Origin: Gemmataceae bacterium
Lineage (GTDB): Bacteria > Planctomycetota > Planctomycetia > Gemmatales > Gemmataceae
NCBI GenBank assembly: GCA_036557825.1
Contig: DATBGU010000075.1
Span: forward strand, 34,867 to 66,866
Direction of reading: 5' to 3'
DNA: 32,000 nt
Shown: positions 1 to 9,500 of the stretch, in pieces
Layout of the letters: every line of letters starts with the position of its first letter
Numbering within the stretch: position 1 is the stretch's first letter
Notes under the pieces: model-generated
Told to the model about the DNA's origin: nothing
What the model saw: the letters and a program-made list of their open reading frames with translations, nothing else
Databases searched by the model: none
Made by a program: the position numbers and the translations under genes

Positions 1-2583
1 CTGTGGAGCCTGAAGGACCGCGACGCGCGCGATCTCGTCGGGCACCTTGTGCTGGCGAGCCAGGGACCGCTGCTGGTTGTGCCGTCGCTGGATGAACTCG
101 TGGACGGCAGCGTCGTGCGGCCGTTGACCGGCAGCGAAGAGACGCAGGTCAGCGCGCTGCTGGAAGAGGCGGCGCGTGCGCCGCGGACGCGGCCCCTGTC
201 GCAAGTGAAACGTGCGCCGGCAACGGCCGAGATGCCGGTGCTGGAGATACCGCAACCGCCGTCCTCGGTGCTGGTGGCTGAGCCGGCCACGGAGACGGCA
301 ACGCATCCGACGGCGCTCGAACCGACCACGCCCGCGTTGCCGCGCTTGCCGCCGCCGCTACCACACTCCGGGCGGCACAGTTCGGCGGACCTCGCGCTCG
401 CATCCCTCCCGGTGGATGCGCCGAAGGGAGCTTGGGATCTGACCCGATTGAGTGATCCGCTCGTTTCGATCCTGTCTCGTCCGGGTTGGCTGGCCGTGCT
501 GGGAGGGGTGGCCCTGCTCAGCTTCGTGGTCGTCAACGTGCTGGTGTGGGCCTCCCTCAAGCCCAAGCCGCGGGGTCCATCCGTCGCGCAACCGCGCTTG
601 CAGTCCATCGACGACGTGATTGTCAAAGGAGGGCACCGCCACGAAGTCCTCCTGACCGTCGAGCGCAACGAGTGTGAGGAGCCGCTGACAATTCAGGTGC
701 ACGGCCTTCCGCCCGATATGCCCGCGCCGCCACTGACGCTCAAGCCGGACCAGGAATCGGTTCCTCTGCCGCTGCTGGCCCCGCTGGGCGTCGAATTGCC
801 GCCGCGCGAGATAATCGTCTCGCTGTGGCGCGGCGACCAGAAGATCGAGGAGCAGCATTTTCAGTTCTCGGTGCGGAAGACGCCGCGACCGATCTTGCAC
901 AAACCGGACAACATCGTGTGCCCGGCCGGCACTTCGTTCGATTTCACTGGCCGCGTTGATCGCAACGGCTGCGAGGAGCCGCTGGTCGTGGAGTTCGCGG
1001 GGTTGAAAGGGGTTCGGCAGGAGAAGTTGCCGTCCGCGAACGCCGACTCGCCGCGCGTGCGGCTGATTGTGCCGGCGGACACCCCGCCCGCCGAACTGGT
1101 TCCGCTCAATTTGGTGCTGCGCGTGGCGGACACGGTCGCCGACACCAAGGCGCTGTTTCTCAGCATCAAGGAAGCACCGCCTCGGATCGGCAAGGAAGTA
1201 GCCTCTCGCTTCAAAATCGAGAAAGCGCCCGAAACACTGTCCGTCAAGGCGGGCGAGAAGAAGGAGTTGGCGATTTCGCTGGCACGGGGAGATTACAAAG
1301 GTCCGGTCGAAGTTCGCTTAGAGGATCTGCCGTCCGGCGTGAAGGCCGCGCCCGTCACGGTCTCCGCCGAATCGTCCTCAGCGGTCGTTGTCGTCGAGGC
1401 CGCGACGGATGCCGAGACGGGCGACTATGCGGTGAAGGTGCGGGCCGTGCCGGGCGAGCATCAACTCGACGAGCGGACGTTTGAACTACAGGTGGAGAAG
1501 GCCGATCCACCGGAGGCAGCGGCGAACGGCGGGCCGCGTTGGAAGCGCGTCACGTTCAGCACGGTGGACCATGTGGAATTGGTCGGCTCGCTGTACGCCG
1601 GGTCCAAGGGCAAAAAAGGGGCGACGGTGCTGATGCTGCACGATCTCGGCCGCGGACACGACCGCAAGGAGCGCGGCTGGACGCGCTTGGCCGAGGCGCT
1701 GCAAGCCGAGGGACACACCGTTCTGACCTTCGATTTTCGCGGCCACGGCGAGAGCATTCGCGTTCCTCGCAAGTTCTGGGAGAGCGCCGTCAACAGCAAC
1801 TTTCCCATCGTTCGCCAGACCCGACCGCAAGACGGCTTGCCCGAACGCATCAAGTTCGCCGACTTTCCCCCCGATTACCTGCCCTGGCTGATACACGACA
1901 TTGCCGCCGCCCGCAACTTCCTCGATTTGCGCCACGACGACGCCGACGGCCCCATCAATACGTTCAACATGGTTGTCATCGGCGCCGGCCAGGGGGCCGC
2001 CCTCGGCACGCTCTGGCTGGCCTCGGAAGGAGTGCGTTTCAACGCCGTGGGCGACGTATTCAAGATGGAGCCCTTGGGGTGGGAGAAGAAGAGCGTTCTG
2101 CGGGCCGTCTGGATCGGAATGTCGGGCAAGCTGGGCCGGATCGACGTGCGTGGTTGGATTCGCCAGGCACACCAGGCGCCGGTGGTGCCGGTCGCCTTCG
2201 TCTACGGTGACAGCGACCAGAGGACATCTCAGTTTTTAAAGCCGTTGCTCAAAGACGGCGTAATCGAGGAAACCGTCACGCCCAAAACGGCTCTGTCGGG
2301 AGAGCGTTTGCTCGACCCGGACTCCGAAGCGGCCGAAGTCATTCGGTCGTACCTCGTGAACACGCTGGGGGCAATTCGGCCGCAGCCGTGGGCGCGGCGT
2401 CAAATCAAAAGGCTCTGGTCCTACTGGGTGTTTGCGCCTCAGAAAAAGGGGTCTCCCGAGTTCTACCTGGCCAAAAAGCCCGAAGAGGTGATGCTGTCGT
2501 TCGTGCCGTTGGAACGCTTTGACATCACGATCGCGGGCATGCAGCCGCAAAAGCCGCTCATGCTGGGCATGCCGGGCCGGTAA
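1..2583 (+). CDS. Membrane-anchored protein with serine hydrolase-like (alpha/beta-hydrolase fold) C-terminal domain; 5'-partial at window edge
   Basis: Frame +1 is open from base 1 through the listed ORF start at 49 (a GTG), so the true start is probably upstream of the window. TM segment WLAVLGGVALLSFVVVNVLVW, Ig-like/extracellular beta-rich middle, C-terminal LLHDLGRGHDRKERGWTRLAEALQAEGHTVLTFDFRGHGES typical of alpha/beta hydrolases. Confidence 0.8.
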   Translation: MWSLKDRDARDLVGHLVLASQGPLLVVPSLDELVDGSVVRPLTGSEETQVSALLEEAARAPRTRPLSQVKRAPATAEMPVLEIPQPPSSVLVAEPATETATHPTALEPTTPALPRLPPPLPHSGRHSSADLALASLPVDAPKGAWDLTRLSDPLVSILSRPGWLAVLGGVALLSFVVVNVLVWASLKPKPRGPSVAQPRLQSIDDVIVKGGHRHEVLLTVERNECEEPLTIQVHGLPPDMPAPPLTLKPDQESVPLPLLAPLGVELPPREIIVSLWRGDQKIEEQHFQFSVRKTPRPILHKPDNIVCPAGTSFDFTGRVDRNGCEEPLVVEFAGLKGVRQEKLPSANADSPRVRLIVPADTPPAELVPLNLVLRVADTVADTKALFLSIKEAPPRIGKEVASRFKIEKAPETLSVKAGEKKELAISLARGDYKGPVEVRLEDLPSGVKAAPVTVSAESSSAVVVVEAATDAETGDYAVKVRAVPGEHQLDERTFELQVEKADPPEAAANGGPRWKRVTFSTVDHVELVGSLYAGSKGKKGATVLMLHDLGRGHDRKERGWTRLAEALQAEGHTVLTFDFRGHGESIRVPRKFWESAVNSNFPIVRQTRPQDGLPERIKFADFPPDYLPWLIHDIAAARNFLDLRHDDADGPINTFNMVVIGAGQGAALGTLWLASEGVRFNAVGDVFKMEPLGWEKKSVLRAVWIGMSGKLGRIDVRGWIRQAHQAPVVPVAFVYGDSDQRTSQFLKPLLKDGVIEETVTPKTALSGERLLDPDSEAAEVIRSYLVNTLGAIRPQPWARRQIKRLWSYWVFAPQKKGSPEFYLAKKPEEVMLSFVPLERFDITIAGMQPQKPLMLGMPGR

Positions 2584-2864
2584 AAAAGTCCTCTTGCTTC
2601 GTATCGGCCAAATCGGGTAGAAGAGTTCCGCACGCCTCGGAGGTGAGAAGGAATCTCGCGGCAATTCGAGGGCCAATACGGTAGGGAAACCGAACTCTGG
2701 TGGGCGTCCAGCCCATGCACACAACTCTGTTTGCGCACCTTCGCTCTTTCCTCGCACACCGTTGTGTGAGTCCGCTGGAGTTATCCCCCCGCTCGGGGGG
2801 CGCCGCTCGGGCAGCGGTGCGTTCTCCTCCGGCATCCCCCGGTTTGCTGTAGCGAGAGAGACCC

Positions 2865-3140
2865 ATGCCTGTTCTTTCCGATCGCATCCACCAACCCAAT
2901 CCCATTCCCGCCGACCTGACGCCGTTTCGTCAGATGGTCGATCGTCGTCTGTGCATCGCTCAGAAAGGGCTGGACGAGGCACGGCAGCACCTGGCGGCCG
3001 GCCAGGCTCAAGACGTCGATCTGGTCCTGGAGAAAATCGACGAGGATTTGCACCTGCTGCGCCGCCGTCTGAGCAGCGAGACGGAGCGGCGACCGACCGT
3101 GCTGTACGGTCGCCCCGACGCGATCAGCGAAGCCAATTGA
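2865..3140 (+). CDS. Small hypothetical protein (91 aa)
   Basis: ATG preceded by a purine-rich GCGAGAGAG; natural-looking helical composition; ends just before an inverted repeat. Confidence 0.5.
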   Translation: MPVLSDRIHQPNPIPADLTPFRQMVDRRLCIAQKGLDEARQHLAAGQAQDVDLVLEKIDEDLHLLRRRLSSETERRPTVLYGRPDAISEAN

Positions 3141-3144
3141 TGTG

Positions 3145-3205
3145 TACCAGCCCGAAGCGCCAGCGAGGGCTAAGGGACCGCCCTCGCTGGCGCTTCGGGC
3201 TGGTA
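3145..3205. repeat. REP-like palindromic hairpin, copy 1 (family A, 'SPKRQRG' repeat)
   Basis: Perfect 25-bp arms TACCAGCCCGAAGCGCCAGCGAGGG / CCCTCGCTGGCGCTTCGGGCTGGTA separated by 11 nt. Confidence 0.95.
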
Positions 3206-3209
3206 TCGA

Positions 3210-4388
3210 TTAACGGCGCGACCCCGCTTGCAAATCCAGCAAATTCATGATGATGGACTGCTCCAACTCGCTGGGCTTGAACCCGAACGGCCCGCGACCA
3301 CCCTTGTACACCACGCTTCCATCGCGGCTGACGAGGTAGAGACGATCGGGCATGCCGCTGTAGAGATGACCGACGCGATCGTTCACGCCGTCCACGACCA
3401 GCGGAATCGTCATCTTCAGCGTTTGACAGCAGCGCGCGGCCACGGTCGTTCGCTCGGTGTCGGTCTTCGGCTGGACGATCTCGATGCCGTCGCGGTCGTT
3501 GGAGTCCATGCGCCAGCCGTCAATGGGATGCGCCTCGCGGACGTAGACGCCGAGGAACTGCACGCGGTCGCCGTAGCGGCGCTTCAATTCTTCCAAGGCC
3601 CCAAACTGGGACCGATACGGCCCTCAGGTGAAGCTGCCGAAGATTAGCACCACCGGCTTCTTGCCGCGGAAGCGCGACAGGGTGATGGCCTTGGTATCGT
3701 CGAACGTCCGCAGCGTGAAATCGGGAGCGAGCCGGCCGACCGACGGTCCCTCGTGGAACGAGCCGATTTCGCCCTCGAACAGTCCCTTGAGCAGAATTTG
3801 CGGCGACGGCATGCCTCCTCCCGGATTCTTCGACGGCGGAGGCGGCGGGGGAAACAGCAGGGCGTGCAGTTCCTCGCGCGACAGCGAATCCTTGCCCTTG
3901 GCCGCTTTCTTGAACATCTCCTGCCACTCGGCGGCGGTGATCTTCTCATCGTGATCGGCGTCGCTGCGGCGGAAGAACGGGTTGACGATCCGCATTTGCC
4001 GGTTGAGCGGCGCGTCGTCGGACCAGTCGAAATCGGCGCGCGTGAGCCGGCCGTCGTGATCGCGGTCGAGGCGGTCGAACAACTCGTCCGGCCCGGTGAA
4101 CTCCTGTTTGCTGATATTGCCGTCGCCGTCCTTGTCCATGCGTTCGGCTAGCCATTTCAGACCGTAGGCGCTCTGGCCGGGATGGAACCAGCCCATGTCG
4201 CCGGAAGAGGGCGGCTGCCCGCTGGCGATGGCGCCGAGCATCTGCGCCGCTTCCACCTGGCGCAGCCAGCTGAGCGTCGGTGGCAGAAACTCGCGCGGTG
4301 CGGCTTTCTTCGGCGGCGCAGCCCGGCTGGCGGAAATCGCAACGGCCAGGAGGAGGCAGGCCCCGAGACATCTTGCAAAAAAGGACAT
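3210..4388 (-). CDS. EF-hand, iodothyronine deiodinase-like selenoprotein (392 aa, Sec at codon 255 encoded by TGA 3626-3624)
   Basis: ORFs 4388..3624 and 3596..3210 share one frame; the 27 nt between them encode GPYRSQFGA. Joined product has the deiodinase signatures FGSFT-U-xP, YVREAHPIDGW, VVDxxNxxxxxxYxxxPxRLYxxxxxGxxxYKGxxGPxGxxPxE. Signal peptide at N-terminus, SD-like AGGAG before the ATG, SECIS-like hairpin just after the UGA. Confidence 0.85.
3597..3613 (-). promoter_or_regulatory. Candidate bacterial SECIS element (bSECIS)
   Basis: mRNA: UGA-GGGCCGUAUC-GGUCCC-AGUUU-GGGGCC. Six consecutive pairs including one U-G, 5-nt loop with G at loop position 2 followed by U; the G is 18 nt after the UGA. 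Confidence 0.75.
3927..4136 (-). other. Three EF-hand-type calcium-binding loops within the selenoprotein CDS
   Basis: DKDGDGNISKQE, DRDHDGRLTRAD, DADHDEKITAAE. Confidence 0.8.
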
Positions 4389-4426
4389 GGTTTATCTCCT
4401 ATTCGTATCATTCTGCGTCGTTTCCC

Positions 4427-4491
4427 CCAACTAGCCCGGAGCGCCAGCTACGGGGTACTTCCGCCCGTCGCTGGCGCTCCGGGCTAGTTGG
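4427..4491. repeat. REP-like palindromic hairpin, copy 2 (family A variant)
   Basis: Perfect 22-bp arms CCAACTAGCCCGGAGCGCCAGC / GCTGGCGCTCCGGGCTAGTTGG, with an inner CGGG/CCCG pairing. Confidence 0.9.
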
Positions 4492-4502
4492 AGAAGGCAG
4501 CC

Positions 4503-6407
4503 TCATTTCGCCCCTTGCTTGATCGTGTGCTCCTTGTCGATGCCCAGTTTGTCGAGATCGGCTTTCTCCAGGACGGTCTTGCCGCCGTCCTTGCCGGGCC
4601 AGTAAATCGTGAGGCGATCAATCTTCGTGGTCTCACCGAGTCCGAACGTCACGGTCAGTTCGCTCTGGCTGAGATACCCGCGTGCGGCGGCGACCTCGCG
4701 GCGCTGCTCGATGCCGCCCGCTTGCAGGATGACGCGCGCGCCGATGGCGCTGCGGTTGGAGCGCACACCGTCGCCCTCCAGACGTAGACGAATCCAGTGA
4801 TTGCCGAGCTTATTGTCGTTGCGGAGGACATGGGCGGGACCGCCGTTGCCGACCAGAATCACATCGAGATCGCCGTCGCCGTCGAGGTCGGCGTAGGCGC
4901 TGCCGCGACCGACGAGCGGCTGGAACAGATCGGTGCCGGCCGCTTCCGCCGTCACTTCCTCGAAGCCCTGGTCCTTCCTGCTCCAGAAAAGTTGCGGCGG
5001 CTGAGCGTACTTCTGGCCCGCCTGCAACTTGCTGATACCGGGATCGAGATGGCCGTTGTTCGTCAAAAAATCGAGCCGGCCGTCGAGATCGTAGTCGAAG
5101 AAGAACGTCCCGAACTTGAGCAGCACGCGGCTCGGCCCGGCGATGTACTCGCTCCGTGCGACTTCCGAGAACTCCAGTCCTTTCGGATCGTCCTGGCAGA
5201 GGAAGGTGTTCGGTTCATCGGCGAAATTGCCGATCAGTACGGCATTGCAGCCGGGACGATAGCAGGGTCCCCAGTCGATGCCCATCGCCCCACGGACGTT
5301 GCCGTCCACGTAGGCGACGCCGGCGTAGGTGCCCTTCTCCTTGAAGACGCGGCCGCCGTCGGGCGCGGGCTGATTGTGGAACAGGAAATTGCGCACCGTG
5401 TCGTTGGCGACGAGGATGTCCGGCCAGCCGTCCTCGTCGGCGTCGCAGACGATGACACCCAGCGATTTGCCCACCGGCCGTAAGGGCGCATTGGGATCGA
5501 TGCCCTGCGCCTCGATGACCTCTACGCCGGACTCTTTCGACACGTCCTTGAATTTGCCTCCGCCCTCGTTGCGGTAGAGGAAACACACCGCGCCATCGAA
5601 CTGCTTGGGTTGAGCGTAAGTGCGCTCCCTGCCGTCAATCTTGGAGCCGATGGCGAGGTCGTAGGCCGGCGACCAGCGGACGTAATTGCACACGAACAGG
5701 TCGAGCTTGCCGTCGCCGTCGTAGTCGAGGAACGAGGACGACGTGGAAAAGCACAGCGGTTTCTCCGATTTGAAGAAATCGGGAAGCACGATGTTCGGCC
5801 AGCCGCCCGGTCCGCCGACGCCCGCCGTCTCCGTCGCGTCCTTGAACTTGCCGCCCTCGTTGCGGAAGAGGCGGTTGCCGCCGACGCCGGTGACGAACAC
5901 GTCGGTCCAACCGTCGTTGTCGTAGTCGCCGACCGTCGCGCCCATACCGTACATGGTGACGGCCAGGCCCGCCTCCTTGGTCACGTCCTTGAACTTGCCG
6001 CCGCCCTCATTGTGATAGAGGGCCAGGGTCGGCTTCGCCGCCCCGGTCTTCTCCTGACCGGGCCAAGGGCAAGCGTTGACGAACAGAACATCGGGCTTTT
6101 TGTCGTTGTCGAAGTCGAGGATGGCGACGCCGCCGCACATCGTCTCGGGCAGCAGTTTTTTCGGGGTGGCGCCGTTGTCATGCACGAAGCGAAACCCGGC
6201 GTCCTCGGTGATGTCGGTGAAGAGAACGTGCGGCACGGGAACGGTTTTGCGATGGTGTGGATCGCCGGTCTCGCCCACTATCTTTGGAGGCTGAACGACG
6301 CTAAACACGCCAAGATAGTGCAGCGTTGCCAGAGTGGCGCCGCCCAGCAGAAGGACGCCGCCCACGAACCAGGCGATCGAAGAGGCTTTACAAGAACACA
6401 GAGACAT
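4503..6407 (-). CDS. CRTAC1 family protein: FG-GAP/VCBS repeats with C-terminal ASPIC/UnbV domain
   Basis: Repeated D-x-D-x-D-G motifs (DFDNDKKPDVLFVNA, DYDNDGWTDVFVTG, DYDGDGKLDLFVCN, DADEDGWPDILVAND, DYDLDGRLDFLTNNG, DLDGDGDLDVILVGNG) and C-terminal GARVILQAGGIEQRREVAAARGYLSQSELTVTFGLGETTKIDRLTIYWPG. The ORF track extends to 6434, but the ATG at 6407 has an upstream GGAG and the extension runs into repeat copy 3. Confidence 0.92.
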   Translation of the reverse strand: MSLCSCKASSIAWFVGGVLLLGGATLATLHYLGVFSVVQPPKIVGETGDPHHRKTVPVPHVLFTDITEDAGFRFVHDNGATPKKLLPETMCGGVAILDFDNDKKPDVLFVNACPWPGQEKTGAAKPTLALYHNEGGGKFKDVTKEAGLAVTMYGMGATVGDYDNDGWTDVFVTGVGGNRLFRNEGGKFKDATETAGVGGPGGWPNIVLPDFFKSEKPLCFSTSSSFLDYDGDGKLDLFVCNYVRWSPAYDLAIGSKIDGRERTYAQPKQFDGAVCFLYRNEGGGKFKDVSKESGVEVIEAQGIDPNAPLRPVGKSLGVIVCDADEDGWPDILVANDTVRNFLFHNQPAPDGGRVFKEKGTYAGVAYVDGNVRGAMGIDWGPCYRPGCNAVLIGNFADEPNTFLCQDDPKGLEFSEVARSEYIAGPSRVLLKFGTFFFDYDLDGRLDFLTNNGHLDPGISKLQAGQKYAQPPQLFWSRKDQGFEEVTAEAAGTDLFQPLVGRGSAYADLDGDGDLDVILVGNGGPAHVLRNDNKLGNHWIRLRLEGDGVRSNRSAIGARVILQAGGIEQRREVAAARGYLSQSELTVTFGLGETTKIDRLTIYWPGKDGGKTVLEKADLDKLGIDKEHTIKQGAK

Positions 6408-6432
6408 GGAGGACTCCGAATAAGGTTCATCC

Positions 6433-6483
6433 ACCAGCCCGAAGCGCCAGCGAGGGCGGCCCTCGCTGGCGCTTCGGGCTGGT
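6433..6483. repeat. REP-like palindromic hairpin, copy 3 (family A)
   Basis: Perfect 24-bp arms ACCAGCCCGAAGCGCCAGCGAGGG / CCCTCGCTGGCGCTTCGGGCTGGT with 3-nt spacer; core identical to copy 1. Confidence 0.95.
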
Positions 6484-6501
6484 AGAGTTCATTGAAGGCG
6501 C

Positions 6502-9500
6502 TCAGAAGCCCGGCGCGCCCTCGCGATTGAGCGGATAAATGACGATGGACTCGGCCGCGTGATCGGCGGCTGGGTGTTTTTTGCGATACATCTGCACGGT
6601 CCGGCTCTGCGCCAACTCGTCTGGCTTGAAGATCCGGTGCAGTTCCAGGTGCAGCTTGCCCAGCACGTGCGCCGCCGCCTCCTTCAATTCAGGGTCGGTT
6701 TCCTTGTGGAAAAACGGGGCGATCTGAGTCAGCAACAGCTCGAAGCGGGGCCGCCTCGGTTGCGTCACTGAGACGGGTTCGCTGCCGAGGGCCGTCAGCG
6801 CTTGTGCCAATTGAGCGGCCGCTTCTCGCCGCGCGCCCTTGTCGGTTTGGCCGTTGAGCAGCGTCTGGGCCAACGCTTTCAAGGACTCCTCATCCGTTTT
6901 CGGCGCTCCTTCGGGAACCTCGACCTTCGCCAGCGGCCGGCCGAGCATCTGGAAGCACTGATGCAGCCCGAAATGCGCGCTCAGGTTTTCGGTGTCGATG
7001 CGCAGCGTCCGCTGGTATTGCTCGATCGCTTCCAAGAGGAAAGGATCGCGCGCTTGCGGGTTGCCACGCTCCAGCGAGGCGCGCTCGAAGAGCGCGCGGC
7101 CCAGGGCGTTAATGACGACGTAATCCTTCGTGAAATCGAAACCGCGGTCGCGCGGCTGCCGCTCCGGATCGAGGATGCCCTTGAAAATCGTGATGGCGTC
7201 GTCGTAGCCCCGACGATCGGAGGCGTTCTCCAGCGTGACGAGTCCGTTGAACCACGCCACGGTCCACCACGGCGCGCCGCCCTTGCCGGCCTCTTCCAGC
7301 ACCGTGACCGCCTCGCGCAAGCGTCCCTCCTTCTGGTAGACGCGCGCCAGGTTCAGGTTCGCGTGGCCGGCCGCCTCCTTCGGATAGCGCTTCAGAAGTT
7401 CCTTGAACGCTTCCTCGGCCTGGCGCAGCTCGCCCTTCTTTTCGGTGATGCCACCCTCGATGAGGCAGCCGATGCCGTAATCGTTCCAGCGCTGCCACGC
7501 CGGTTTGATCGGCGAAGTTTGCTCCCGCACTTTCTCGTCGACGCCTTCGACCGGCAGCGTCAGCCGGTCGGCGCACAGATCGACGATCGGCAGTTTCGGC
7601 ACCTTATCGTCGCCGCCGTAAACCAGACTCATGTACTCGAAATCGAACTTACGGTAGCGCACGCGCACTTCCAACTCGACCGGGCCTTTCACGTCTTGCG
7701 GCACCTTCAGCTCGTAGTGGACGACGTGACCGGCGCCCGGTGGAATCTGATGGTTGTACAGCGGCGTGAAGATGTCCTGCGGATTGCGGCGATTGACGCG
7801 ATTGCCGTTGCGGTCCAGCATCAGCACGTTGAGGCGATGCGCCCACTCATCGACTGCCCCGGTTTCGTCGGGACCGGCGAGCGCCCCGGATCGACCGATG
7901 ACCTTGCCGGCCGATTTCGCCGTGAAGTCCACCCATATTTCGTTGGAATCGACCGTGCCCTGCGAGAACAGATGGCCGACGCCGAGAGTGCGAATCACCA
8001 CTTCGACGAGGTAGTTGTTCCCCGGTTTCAGCTTCGGCAGTTCCGGCCGCAGCGGGGCGATGAGCCGGCCATCGATGGTGCCGCCTTCCTTCAGCGCGAA
8101 CAGGTCGATGCGCAGCGAGCGGTCCTTGCCCTCCGGATCGGTGCCGCGCAGGAAGTCGGCGTTTTTCTCGGCCGCCTTTCGGAAGCCGTCGGCGTGCGCG
8201 GCATGTTCCGGCATCTGGCTCAACAGCCACGCCAATCCGGTGTTCGCCGCCGGGAAGAAGTGATCGTGGACCTTGCGCGTACCACTGGTGTCGAAGTCCT
8301 TCGAGCCGAAATCGTTGCTCGCTTGCAGTAGCATGTGGCAACTATTGCAGTTCTCCTTGGCCTTGGGCGGATAGTAGAAACTGCGGGCGTTGTGGCCGGA
8401 AACGCCGCTGAGCAGGAACGATTCGCGGTGGTCTTGACCGCGCAGGAACTCCTTGTAGTGGTTCAACTCGACGGGCAGGCTGACCTTGTGGCACGTCGAG
8501 CAGAAGTCCGCATGGATGTTGTCGGCGTTGCGATGGAACGGTTTGAGGAACGTCTTTTTGTGGAAATCGGGCTTGGCCTTGACGACCTGATTGCTGAACC
8601 AGCTGAGCAGCGGATTGTCACTGTAGGCGAACGGATAGGGCATCGGCTCCTCGATGGTGTAGGCGGCGTTGCCCTCGTTGCTGTTGACGTTGGTGATGGC
8701 GTGGCAGACGACGCAGGTGATGCCGGCCTTGGCGGTCGGATGGTTCTCATCGTCGAACTTGGGATCGTCGAAAGCGCCGGAGAAGAACGGCACCGGATCG
8801 TGACAGCCGGCGCACCAGCGCGAGGCGCGTGGGACGCCGTGCTCATCGACGATCTTGCGCGACTCGCGGACGCTGAAACGATAGGGCGGATTGTTGAACG
8901 AGCTGAAGTGGTGCGCCGAGTGGAAGTGCTGCTTGTAGATGTCGGGATGGCACTGCATGCAGTATTCGTCCTTCATCATGGCGCTGGCCGGGATGAAGTC
9001 GCCGGTGGCGGTGCGCGCCCTGGACGGCTCGTAATATTTCTCGCCCTCGCGCGGGCCGACGGCGAACCACTTGCGCGGATCCTGCATGTGCAGCACGATC
9101 ATGGCGGCGACGAAGACAGCGACGCCAGCACCCCAGCCGTAGGCGTAGTGCCATTTGATGTCCGGGCCGGCCCAGCGGTGCAGCACGTACAGCACCACGG
9201 CGGCGACGGGGGCGAGAATGTGCAGCCCGTACACGATCCAGCGACCGACGCTGCCGACCGGCAACTGCGGCAGGCCGGACAGCTGGATGAGAGCCACGCC
9301 GCTGACTACGACCAGAATGCCGGTGACGAATAGGGTGATGCCGAGCTTGACGGCCAGGCGGTTTTTGCGTTTGCGCGCGGTCAGCAGATGCGTACACCCA
9401 AACACGAGGAACGGCAAAATGATGGCGAGTCCAAACAGGATGTGGGCGACGAACATCTGCAAGGTGAACTGGTTCGTGTAGGTGCGGGTGCTGATCATCT

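Noticed and set aside
2785-2800. C6-GCTC-G6 hairpin as an intrinsic terminator
   Set aside because: Stem is only 6 bp and there is no following T-tract; could equally be chance in GC-rich intergenic DNA.
2762-3250. 162-aa plus-strand ORF containing SPKRQRGLRDRPRWRFGL
   Set aside because: The recognisable part is only the hairpin repeat read through; overlaps more plausible small CDS 2865..3140 in another frame.
3624-3626. Interpreting the TGA as an ordinary nonsense mutation or pseudogene
   Set aside because: Frame, downstream conservation, exact alignment with the deiodinase Sec site and a consensus-compliant SECIS hairpin together favour recoding. A sequencing error cannot be excluded without reads.
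6802-9333. Long plus-strand ORFs (6802..8331 and 8335..9333)
   Set aside because: Antisense to the multiheme cytochrome, whose CxxCH and TM features are unambiguous.
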